DNA from: Clostridiales bacterium
GTDB lineage: Bacteria; Bacillota; Clostridia; Lachnospirales; JAISER01
Length of the DNA: 57,768 nt
Direction: 5' to 3'
NCBI GenBank assembly: GCA_031263985.1
Contig: JAISER010000013.1
Coordinates: forward strand, 1 to 57,768
Below are positions 1 through 8,184 of the stretch, piece after piece. Numbering within the stretch: the stretch's first letter is position 1; every line of letters begins with the position of its first letter. The notes beneath the pieces are model-generated. The model was not told the origin of the DNA. It saw only the letters and a program-made list of their open reading frames with translations, and ran no database searches. The position numbers and the translations under genes are program-made.

Positions 1-315
1 ACTTTCAAGAAAGAAGCGGGCGCGGGCAGCGTCCGCGGTTTGTTGAATTTAAGACCGTTTCCAGAAAAATATAAGGCGCATAGACTAGCGTTTTCCGGAA
101 ACGAAGTTTCCGGCGAAAGTTCTTTGTTTCTTTCTTTCAAGAAAGAAGCGGGCGCCGCCCGCGTCCGCGGTTTGTTGAATTTAAGACCGCTTCCAAAAAA
201 ATATAAGGTATATAGATTAACTTTTTCCGGAAACGAAGTTTCCGGCGAAAGTTCTTTGCTTCTTTCTTTCAAGAAAGAAGCGGGTGCGGGCGGCGCCCGC
301 GGTTTTCTAAGGTAA
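1..315. repeat. Tandem repeat, 132-bp unit x ~2.4 copies, units built of short hairpins
   Basis: Motif ttcaagaaagaagcggg recurs at 4, 136 and 268 (exact 132-bp period). Units contain inverted repeats ccggaaacgaagtttccgg and gaaagaa/ttctttc. ORF 40..315 is only the repeat translated. Confidence 0.9.
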
Positions 316-331
316 AAGCCTTTTCCAAAAG

Positions 332-1282
332 TCAGCGCAACCCCTGCAACGGGTCTAATCCCAGCATAATGTTCATGCATTGAACGGCGTTGCCGGAAGC
401 GCCTTTGCCAAGATTGTCATAGCTGGCTATGACGGCGGCGCGGTCGGCGTCGCCAGATACATAAAGACGCATCGTATCGGAAAAAGCGGATTGCATAGCG
501 TCGAGCGTTCCGTCCTCAAAATCCTCATGCGCGCCAAATCTTTCGACTTTTACGGCGCCGCGCCCATCGTAACGCCGCGCGTAAAAATCATGCAGTTCAG
601 CGGCTGACATCTTCTTTTTAAATAGGTTGAGACGCAATGGAACTGTGACGGTCATGCCCTCGTAAAAGTCGCATATTATAGGATTGAAGATCGGGGGGGA
701 ATCTAGTTTGGCGATCTCGCGCATTTCAGGCAAATGCTTATGGTTTTGTCCAAGCGCGTAAAAACGCGGACGCGCGTAACGCGCCGGTTTGTCGGCGCTT
801 TCGTAACATTCGATAACGCGCCTGCCCGCTCCGCTGTAACCGGAAAGACCGAAACATGTAAAGGGATAGTCAGCGGCGACGAGTCCGCTTTCCACAAGCG
901 GATAAACGGCGATTAAAAAACCGGCGGCGTAACATCCCGGATTAGCTAGTCTGCGGGCGTTTTTTATAGCTTGAAAGCGCTCCGGCGAAAGTTCCGGCAG
1001 TCCGTACGTCCAGCCGTCCGCGACGCGGTGCGCCGTAGAGGCGTCTATTACGCGCGTTCGTTCGTTCGTAACGCGAGAAACGGCCTTCTTGGTTTCCTTG
1101 TCGGGCAAACATAAAAAAACTACATCGGCGTTGTTAGAGAGTTTCGCGCGTTCATCGCTGTCTTTACGAAGTTCCGGTGCTATTTTTATAAGCTCGATTT
1201 CAGCGCGCCCGTAAAGTCTGTCGGCCAGGTTTAAACCCACAGCTCCTTCGCTTCCGTCTATAAATATTTTATACATAATCAT
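332..1282 (-). CDS. argC: N-acetyl-gamma-glutamyl-phosphate reductase
   Basis: ORF 332..1375 has an ArgC-like sequence (IDGSEGAVG nucleotide-binding start, active-site LANPGCYA). Start placed at ATG 1282 (MIMYKIFIDG), which forms an ATGA overlap with the argH stop. The longer ORF N-terminus lies inside argH. Confidence 0.9.
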   Translation of the reverse strand: MIMYKIFIDGSEGAVGLNLADRLYGRAEIELIKIAPELRKDSDERAKLSNNADVVFLCLPDKETKKAVSRVTNERTRVIDASTAHRVADGWTYGLPELSPERFQAIKNARRLANPGCYAAGFLIAVYPLVESGLVAADYPFTCFGLSGYSGAGRRVIECYESADKPARYARPRFYALGQNHKHLPEMREIAKLDSPPIFNPIICDFYEGMTVTVPLRLNLFKKKMSAAELHDFYARRYDGRGAVKVERFGAHEDFEDGTLDAMQSAFSDTMRLYVSGDADRAAVIASYDNLGKGASGNAVQCMNIMLGLDPLQGLR

Positions 1283-2676
1283 CGCCTCGTTATGAAAATA
1301 TTGTCGAATTCGGCGATTTGAGCTTTTACCGATTCGGGACTCGCGCCGCCGTAGGACGAGCGCGCCGCCACGCAAGCGTCGAGTGAGACCGTATCATATA
1401 TGTCGCTTTCGAATAGCGGCGACGCGGCTTTATAGCTTTCCAACGGAAACGTTTCCAGCGTGGCGTTGGTTTTCAGGCATTCGGCTACTATTTGACCGGT
1501 TATTTTATATGCGTCGCGAAACGGGACGCCTTTTTTCGTCAAATAATCGGCGCAGTCGGTCGCGTTGATAAACCCGCGGGCGGCGGCGGCGCGCATGTTC
1601 TCTTCCAGAACCGTAGCTGTCGCAAGCATCGGCGCGAACGCCGAAAGACAGTCTTTTACCGTTTTTATACTGTCGAATATGGCCTCTTTATCCTCTTGCA
1701 TGTCTTTGTTATACGCCAAGGGCAAACCTTTAAGCATAGTGAGCGACGCGATCAAATCGCCAAAGACGCGTCCGCTTTTCCCTCGCGCCAGTTCCGCTAT
1801 GTCAGGGTTTTTCTTTTGCGGCATAATGGATGAACCTGTCGCGAACGCGTCGTCAAGCTCCATATACTTAAATTCCCATGACGACCATATGATTATTTCC
1901 TCGGCGAATCTGGAAATATGTAGCGTTAATATGGCTAGCGCGGCGTTAATCTCCACGCAAAAATCCCGATCGGACACGCCGTCGAGAGAGTTGCGCGACG
2001 GAGCGTCAAAGCCAAGGGCCTTGCTCGTCATGAACCGGTCTATCGGGTAAGACGCGCCCGCGAGCGCGCACGAGCCAAGGGGGTTTTCCGCCATCATCCG
2101 GCGCCGCGCGTCCTCAAGACGCCCTATGTCGCGCAAAAACATCCACGCGTAAGCCATTAGGTGATGTCCCAGGACGATAGGCTGAGCGCGTTGCATATGC
2201 GTATAGCCGCACATGACCGCACCCGCGTGTTTCTCGGCTTTTTCTCGGACGATCCGCGCAAGGTTTTTTATCAGTTCGATAATATTCAGAGCTTCGTCGT
2301 TTAGGTAAAGCTTTAGGTCCGTCGCAACCTGATCGTTACGGCTTCGCGCGGTATGGAGACGTTTGCCGGCGTCCCCTACCCTTTCCGTAAGTTCGCGCTC
2401 TATGAACGTATGAATGTCTTCAGCCGTTTCGCCGTCCGATTTCTTGTCGAATGTGAGCGCGCCGCTTTCAATGTCGCGCAATATGCCGTCAAGCCCGGAA
2501 ATGATCGTCTCGGCGTCGGATCCGCTAATTACGCCGCAAGCCGCGAGCATCGCCGCGTGCGCCGCGGAACCGGCTATATCCTGACGGTACATCAGCGAGT
2601 CGAACGCAAGAGAGGAATTAAAGTCGTTTAAGTTTTTGTCGGTTTTTTTTGAAAACCTGCCGTCCCATAAGGCCAT
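1279..2676 (-). CDS. argH: Argininosuccinate lyase
   Basis: 465-aa ORF with the fumarate-lyase family signature GSSIMPQKKNPD. Sits between argG and argC. Confidence 0.95.
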   Translation of the reverse strand: MALWDGRFSKKTDKNLNDFNSSLAFDSLMYRQDIAGSAAHAAMLAACGVISGSDAETIISGLDGILRDIESGALTFDKKSDGETAEDIHTFIERELTERVGDAGKRLHTARSRNDQVATDLKLYLNDEALNIIELIKNLARIVREKAEKHAGAVMCGYTHMQRAQPIVLGHHLMAYAWMFLRDIGRLEDARRRMMAENPLGSCALAGASYPIDRFMTSKALGFDAPSRNSLDGVSDRDFCVEINAALAILTLHISRFAEEIIIWSSWEFKYMELDDAFATGSSIMPQKKNPDIAELARGKSGRVFGDLIASLTMLKGLPLAYNKDMQEDKEAIFDSIKTVKDCLSAFAPMLATATVLEENMRAAAARGFINATDCADYLTKKGVPFRDAYKITGQIVAECLKTNATLETFPLESYKAASPLFESDIYDTVSLDACVAARSSYGGASPESVKAQIAEFDNIFITRR

Positions 2677-2736
2677 ATAGCGTTTCTCCTGTAATCTATG
2701 CGACTATTTATAAATAAAGTCTACGAGCGCCGCGGA

Positions 2737-3945
2737 TCATTCGCCCGCGTTCTCTTTCATAATCGCTCTGACTTTTATAGGCAACCCGTAAAGAGTGATA
2801 AAACCCTGCGAGTCCATCTGGTTATATTCCTCATCTTCGCCGAACGTCGCTATGTGTTCGGAATAGAGCGAGTAAGGGCTTGTGACTCCGGCCGAGATAA
2901 TGTTACCCTTGTAGAGCTTGACTCTTACGTCGCCCGTAACGGATTGCTGAGTGGAATCCACGAAAGCGTTAAGCGCCGTTATAAGCGGGGTGTACCATTG
3001 GCCGTTGTATACGAGTTCGGCGTATTTATAGCTGATAATCTTTTTGTAATGCGAGGTTTCTTTGTCAAGGCAAAGCTCTTCCAGCTTTTCATGCGCGAAA
3101 TAGAGTATAGCTCCGCCCGGCGTTTCGTACACTCCGCGGCACTTCATGCCGACAAGCCGGTTTTCCACAAGGTCGAGTATGCCAATGCCGTTTTCGCCGC
3201 CCAGTTCGTTAAGGCGTCGCACCAGTTCGACGCTGTCGGTTTTTTCGCCGTCAAGCGCTATGGGCTTGCCTTTGTCAAAAGAGATTGTGACGTAAGTCGG
3301 TTTATCCGGGGCTTTTTCCGGCGTTACGCCAAGTTCAAGTATCTTATCGAAAAGAGGCTCGTTCATCGGGTTTTCCAAATCAAGCCCTTCATGCGAAAGA
3401 TGCCATATGTTTTTGTCTTTGGAATAATTGGTTTCGCGCGACACGGAGAGCGGAACATTATGTTTTTCCGCGTAGGCGATTTCGTCTTCCCGGCTTTTAA
3501 GCTCCCAAATTCTCCAAGGCGCTATAACGGGCATATGCGGCGCCCAAGCTTTTATCGCAAGTTCGAAACGGACCTGGTCATTGCCTTTGCCCGTGCAACC
3601 ATGCGCTATGGCGTCCGCGCCCTCTTTTTTGGCTATTTCCACTATGCGTTTGGCTATTATCGGACGGGCGAACGCTGTGCCAAGCAAATAGCCCTCATAC
3701 TTCGCGCCGGCTTTCATGGTCGGAAAGATATAATCTTCCACGAATTCTTTAGTTATGTTTTCGATGTACAGCTTGGACGCGCCTGTTTTGAGAGCGCGTT
3801 CTTCAAGATCTGACAGCTCGGAATCCTGCCCTACGTCGGCGGCTACCGCGATGACCTCGCAACCGTAGTTTTCTTTTAGCCAAGGTATTATAACGGATGT
3901 GTCAAGCCCTCCGGAATACGCGAGAACAATCTTTTTATATTCCAT
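2737..3945 (-). CDS. argG: Argininosuccinate synthase
   Basis: [12 protein letters not shown]-pyrophosphatase motif and full-length ArgG-like sequence. Start moved to ATG 3945 ([13 protein letters not shown]) because the upstream ATG at 3963 overlaps the GAGGGG RBS. Confidence 0.95.
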   Translation of the reverse strand: MEYKKIVLAYSGGLDTSVIIPWLKENYGCEVIAVAADVGQDSELSDLEERALKTGASKLYIENITKEFVEDYIFPTMKAGAKYEGYLLGTAFARPIIAKRIVEIAKKEGADAIAHGCTGKGNDQVRFELAIKAWAPHMPVIAPWRIWELKSREDEIAYAEKHNVPLSVSRETNYSKDKNIWHLSHEGLDLENPMNEPLFDKILELGVTPEKAPDKPTYVTISFDKGKPIALDGEKTDSVELVRRLNELGGENGIGILDLVENRLVGMKCRGVYETPGGAILYFAHEKLEELCLDKETSHYKKIISYKYAELVYNGQWYTPLITALNAFVDSTQQSVTGDVRVKLYKGNIISAGVTSPYSLYSEHIATFGEDEEYNQMDSQGFITLYGLPIKVRAIMKENAGE

Positions 3946-3971
3946 ATATAACGTTCCCCTCATCGTTTCGC

Positions 3972-4007
3972 TGAATAATTACGCTATTTTTATGCATGAT
4001 GTATGCA
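3972..4007 (-). promoter_or_regulatory. Candidate ARG-box-like operator in the argG leader
   Basis: tgaataattacgctatttttatgca resembles two half ARG boxes (TGAATAAWWATTCA type). It overlaps the palindrome tgcat-gatgt-atgca (3993-4007), just upstream of the argG start. Match is by eye only. Confidence 0.25.
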
Positions 4008-4085
4008 ACGCGCGTATCGGGCGAAACCGCATAATAATAAAAAAGCTGGCAAAAACATTGAATACATCATATGACGTTTTTTATT

Positions 4086-4114
4086 ATTATACATTGGCGC
4101 ATTATAGATTGCAA
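4086..4114 (-). promoter_or_regulatory. Sigma-A type promoter for argGHC
   Basis: On the minus strand: TTGCAA (4114-4109), 17-nt spacer, TATAAT (4091-4086), about 140 nt upstream of argG. Confidence 0.5.
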
Positions 4115-4379
4115 CTATTTTTTGAATAAAAATTAAAAAAAATTAATTATTATTTTAATCTCGGGGAAGCGGGCCGATGAGACGCGTGAATTTTCTTGCG
4201 CTGAAGCTCAAGAATAGATATACTTTAACGAAAGAATTCATAAGATATCGTTTCCGTTTTCGGACGGTTTGAAAAATTATGGATTTTTAAACGGTCTTAT
4301 GCTACACTGTTTAGTATTCTACGCGAAACGCTTTTGGTAAAAAATACTAACGCTTTTGACATTGCGGGTGACTCATTTA

Positions 4380-5174
4380 ATGGCGAAACGTGATTTTTCG
4401 CGCGTAAAGCGCATAATAATTAAGATAGGCACGACTTCGCTCACCTACCCTAACGGGCGTATAAATTTAAGGCGGATCGAGCGCATAGCGTGGGTTTTGA
4501 CGGATTTGCGCAACCAGGGCAAAGAGGTTATACTTGTGACGTCCGCGGCTATCGCCGTCGGAACGGAGAGGCTTGGCCTTTCGGAGCGTCCGCGCGAGAT
4601 ACGCGACAAACAGGCGGCTTCGGCCGTCGGGCAAGCCGTGCTTATGCAATTTTATGAGAATTTTTTTATGACTTACAACCAAAAAGTCGCGCAGATTTTG
4701 CTTACGAAAGACGTCACGGACGACGCCGCGCGCAGAAGCCACGCGCGCAATACGATAGACGCTCTGCTGAAAATGGGCGTTATACCTATAGTGAATGAAA
4801 ACGACACCATATCGGATGAGGAGCTTGGTTTTTCCGACAACGACTCGCTTTCGGCGTTTGTGGCGGTTATATCCGAAGCGGATTGCCTTATAATGCTGTC
4901 CGATATAGACGGCCTTTTTACGGTGGATCCAAGGCTTGACAAAGACGCCGCGCTTATACCGTTCGTGGAGCGCATAACCGATGATATCATAAAAATCGGC
5001 GGCGATTCCTTCGGAAAACTTGGCACAGGGGGCATGGCGGCGAAGATAAGCGCCGCCGGCATAGCCGTCGAGCGCGGCATTGACGTGATCATCGCTTCGG
5101 GTGAAGACCCCGCGGCGCTGTTTGGCATACTGAACGGGGAAATTATAGGCACGATGTTTATGGGAAGACGCTAA
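4380..5174 (+). CDS. proB: Glutamate 5-kinase (short form, no PUA domain)
   Basis: Amino-acid-kinase fold sequence (IIIKIGTTSL..., VNENDT..., GTGGMAAK) followed by proA. ATG 4380 is preferred over TTG 4356, but the start is uncertain. Confidence 0.9.
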   Translation: MAKRDFSRVKRIIIKIGTTSLTYPNGRINLRRIERIAWVLTDLRNQGKEVILVTSAAIAVGTERLGLSERPREIRDKQAASAVGQAVLMQFYENFFMTYNQKVAQILLTKDVTDDAARRSHARNTIDALLKMGVIPIVNENDTISDEELGFSDNDSLSAFVAVISEADCLIMLSDIDGLFTVDPRLDKDAALIPFVERITDDIIKIGGDSFGKLGTGGMAAKISAAGIAVERGIDVIIASGEDPAALFGILNGEIIGTMFMGRR

Positions 5175-5362
5175 GGACTCGTCAAACAATATCTTGATGT
5201 TTTCACTTGCCCTTTCGCCGTCAGTCCGCGTTATCGTCGGTCGCCATATCGCCCCGGGTATGTCTCCTTCCTCCGCCTTGCCTGACGACGAAATCGCGGT
5301 GTGAAATTCCATCGATTTATTGTTTGACGGGAACTGTAACCAAATATTATTTAACGAATCCT
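5174..5362 (+). repeat. Copy A of a ~160-nt long-hairpin element (structured RNA or MITE-like), with a 27-nt insertion near its 3' end
   Basis: Near-identical to 54728..54889. Terminal inverted repeat AGGACTCGTCAAACAATA / TATTGTTTGACG..GAATCCT, with inner arms also complementary. No conserved ORF: the minus-strand reading frame is open here but hits a stop in copy B. Confidence 0.8.
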
Positions 5363-5390
5363 AACGCTTTATGACAAGGGAGGAGCGACT

Positions 5391-6638
5391 TTGGCGGATT
5401 TAAACGAAATCGGGAAAAGGGCTAAAAAAGCGGCCGCGGAGCTTGCGCGGATTTCCGCGAAGGTTAAAAACGACGTGTTAAAGGATGCGGCCGGTTTTAT
5501 CATCGAGGATGAGAGATATATACTCGATGAAAATGAAAAGGATTATATCGCGGCGAAGGAAGCCGGCTTGCCCGGCGTTTCGCTTGACAGACTGCTTTTA
5601 ACGCCCGCCCGCGTGGCCGATATGGCCGAAGGGCTTGAAAAGGTCGCTTCTTTAGATGACCCAATCGGCGAGACGATCAGCATGAAAACGATCGAAAACG
5701 GTCTTGTGGTCGGAAGAAAACGCGTTCCGCTCGGCGTAATAGGCATTATATACGAAGCGCGGCCTAACGTCACGGCTGACGCTTTCGGGCTGTGCTTTAA
5801 AGCGGGCAACGCTTCCATACTGCGCGGCGGCAAAGAGGCGCTGCTTTCAAACGCGGCGATAACGGGCGCGATCAAGAAAGCGCTCGAGAAACGTAACGTT
5901 ACGACTGACGCCGTATTATTCATCAACGATCCATCCAGAGAAAGCGCCGTCGGCATGATGCGGCTCAACGAATATATAAACGTGCTTATACCGCGCGGCG
6001 GCGCTGGACTGATAAAAACCGTCGTCGAAACAAGCTCCGTCCCCGTGATAGAGACCGGGACGGGGAATTGCCATATCTTTGTGGACGAAAGCGCCGACTT
6101 GGAAAACGCCGTTAAGATAATAGTCAACGCTAAAACCCAGCGGCCCGGCGTATGCAACGCATGTGAAAAGCTTATACTGCATAAAAATATAGCGAACGAG
6201 TTTTTGCCTAAAATTTGCGCCGCGCTGCGCGAATACGGCGTGGAGATACGCGGCGACGAAGCGGCGGTCAATATAGTTCCCGACATAAAGCCAGCTACGG
6301 ATGACGATTGGGACACGGAATATCTTGACCTTATAATAGGCGTTAAAATAGCTGAAAATATAGAAGAGGCCATAGAGCATATACAGGCCCATTCCAGCGG
6401 TCATTCCGAAGCCGTTTTAACGGAAAGCTACGCGAACGCGACGCGTTTTTTAAACGATGTCGATTCCGCTTGCGTATATGTCAACGCTTCAACTCGCTTC
6501 ACCGACGGTTTTCAATTCGGGTTTGGCGCGGAAATAGGCATAAGCACGCAAAAGCTGCACGCTCGCGGGCCTATGGGACTTAGAGAGCTTACAAGCTCGA
6601 AGTATGTCATTTACGGCTCCGGACAAATAAGAGAGTAG
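5391..6638 (+). CDS. proA: Gamma-glutamyl phosphate reductase
   Basis: 415-aa aldehyde-dehydrogenase-type ORF typical of ProA (catalytic-Cys region GVCNACEKL). TTG start 4 nt after the RBS AAGGGAGGAG. Confidence 0.93.
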   Translation: MADLNEIGKRAKKAAAELARISAKVKNDVLKDAAGFIIEDERYILDENEKDYIAAKEAGLPGVSLDRLLLTPARVADMAEGLEKVASLDDPIGETISMKTIENGLVVGRKRVPLGVIGIIYEARPNVTADAFGLCFKAGNASILRGGKEALLSNAAITGAIKKALEKRNVTTDAVLFINDPSRESAVGMMRLNEYINVLIPRGGAGLIKTVVETSSVPVIETGTGNCHIFVDESADLENAVKIIVNAKTQRPGVCNACEKLILHKNIANEFLPKICAALREYGVEIRGDEAAVNIVPDIKPATDDDWDTEYLDLIIGVKIAENIEEAIEHIQAHSSGHSEAVLTESYANATRFLNDVDSACVYVNASTRFTDGFQFGFGAEIGISTQKLHARGPMGLRELTSSKYVIYGSGQIRE

Positions 6639-6650
6639 GATGATTGTTTT

Positions 6651-7937
6651 TTGCTGGGCAAACTGGCTGTTCTTTCGTTGCTTGTGCTAGCTAACGGTGT
6701 TTTCGCGGCTTCTGAAGCCGCGCTTATATCGCTTAATAAAAGCAAGGTTAAACTCTACGCTGAGCAGGGCGGTAAAAACGCTGACAAGATACTTGCGGCG
6801 TCCGATAATATTAGCAGGTTTTTGTCTACGATACAAATAGGGATTTCTTTTATAGGTTTCGTTTCGGGAGCCTACGCCGCGGACACGTTCGCCGACCCTA
6901 TAGTTTCATTTCTTACGGCCAAAAATCTGCCGGCGCCGAACGCTTTTATCGAACTAGCCGCTTATATCGCGGTTACGTTCATTCTGACTTACGTGATGCT
7001 TGTTATAGGCGAGCTTACGCCGAAACGCATAGGCATAGACAAGTCCATCGCCATAGCGCGCGCCACGATAAGCGTTTTGATGGCGTTGTCATATGTCGCG
7101 GCGCCGTTTGTAAAGCTGCTCGACGTTTCAACAAACGCGGTTTTAAAACTTTTGCGCGTAAACCCTGAGTCAAGCGCGGAAGGGGTAACGGAAGCGGAGA
7201 TACTAATGCTTGTCGCGTCTAACGGTTCCATAGCCGAGAACGAACAAGAAATGATTCATAACATATTCGAGTTTGACAACAAAACCGTGGAGGATGCGTG
7301 CGTGCATCGCACGGACGTTTTCGCCGTGCAGGCGGACGCCGACATAAGAGAAGTCATCAATCTCATCATGGAGGAAAACTATTCGCGCGTTCCTGTGTAC
7401 GGCGAAAATATAGACGATATACTGGGCATATTGCATCTCAAGGATTTAATGAAGCGCATTGTGGTAGACGACTTTAATTTTAACTTGCGCGACATTATAC
7501 ACGAGCCTTATTACGTGTCTTTTTCCAAAAAAACCGATGAAGTGTTTCAGGAAATGAAAGCTAAACGCGCTCATATGGCTGTAGTGATGGATGAATACGG
7601 AGGCACTCTCGGCATAATTACAATGGAAGACCTCGTGGAGGAAATTATGGGTAACATCTTCGACGAACATGACGAGGACGAAGCGCCTGATATAGATCCG
7701 ATTGACGCGAACACGTTTCGTATAAACGGCGCCGCGGAGTTGGAGGATGTGGCCGAATGCCTGAACGTGAATCTGCCCGACGGCGATTACGATACGCTGG
7801 GCGGTTTCATAACCGGTCTTCTAGGTTATATACCCGCTGACGGTCAAACGCCGGAAGTCGAGTTCGCCGGTGTTCTATTTAAAGCTGAGCGCGTGAGAGA
7901 GAAACGCATAGAGTCGGTTATAGCTTATAAGCCGTAA
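6651..7937 (+). CDS. CNNM/DUF21-CBS-CorC_HlyC family membrane protein (hemolysin-like / Mg-Co efflux type)
   Basis: N-terminal 4-TM DUF21 region with ELTPKRIG, a CBS pair, and a C-terminal CorC/HlyC-type domain (DTLGGFITGLLGYIP). Confidence 0.85.
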   Translation: MLGKLAVLSLLVLANGVFAASEAALISLNKSKVKLYAEQGGKNADKILAASDNISRFLSTIQIGISFIGFVSGAYAADTFADPIVSFLTAKNLPAPNAFIELAAYIAVTFILTYVMLVIGELTPKRIGIDKSIAIARATISVLMALSYVAAPFVKLLDVSTNAVLKLLRVNPESSAEGVTEAEILMLVASNGSIAENEQEMIHNIFEFDNKTVEDACVHRTDVFAVQADADIREVINLIMEENYSRVPVYGENIDDILGILHLKDLMKRIVVDDFNFNLRDIIHEPYYVSFSKKTDEVFQEMKAKRAHMAVVMDEYGGTLGIITMEDLVEEIMGNIFDEHDEDEAPDIDPIDANTFRINGAAELEDVAECLNVNLPDGDYDTLGGFITGLLGYIPADGQTPEVEFAGVLFKAERVREKRIESVIAYKP

Positions 7938-8162
7938 GACCTTGGGGCGCTGCCCCAAACCCCGCTAAGGGACTTCGTCCCTTAGGAACCCTTTCCTCGG
8001 GAACTGCGCTTCGCGCAGTTCCCGGAAGACATTAGGTTACGCCCTTGGTCTTGGTCATAATCGCATGATTTTCGTAAACGGCGCGAAGCGCGGTTTACGG
8101 GATAAAGCTTTTTGAAGGAAGTTTGAAGGAAACTTTTTCTCGAAAAAGTTTCCTTCAAGGTC
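7938..8162. repeat. Mosaic palindromic intergenic repeat (hairpin modules; REP/BIME-like)
   Basis: Bounded by gaccttg...caaggtc. Modules: ctaagggacttcgtcccttag, gggaactgcgcttcgcgcagttccc, cgtaaacggcgcgaagcgcggtttacg, gaaggaaactttttctcgaaaaagtttccttc. Reverse complement matches 21087..21306. Confidence 0.9.
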
Positions 8163-8184
8163 TTAAAAAAACGGAGCGTTTATA

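Noticed and set aside
40-315. 91-aa ORF on the plus strand at the window start
   Set aside because: It is a translation of the 132-bp tandem repeat (the peptide repeats itself). It has no RBS and begins inside a repeat unit.
2698-3813. 371-aa plus-strand ORF, and similar long antisense ORFs (4467..5312, 5543..6373, 10731..11570, 18101..18742, 40042..40650, 42942..43430)
   Set aside because: Each lies antisense to a gene with an unambiguous family signature (argG, proB, proA, aroF, RND permease, pfkA, secA). They have low-complexity Arg/Phe/Ser-rich composition typical of shadow ORFs and no RBS.
5174-5362. Small protein encoded on the minus strand of the ~160-nt element (MEFHTAISSSGKAEEGDIPG...)
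   Set aside because: The frame is interrupted by a stop in the second copy (54728..54889), and the differences between copies are not codon-position biased. The element is treated as non-coding.
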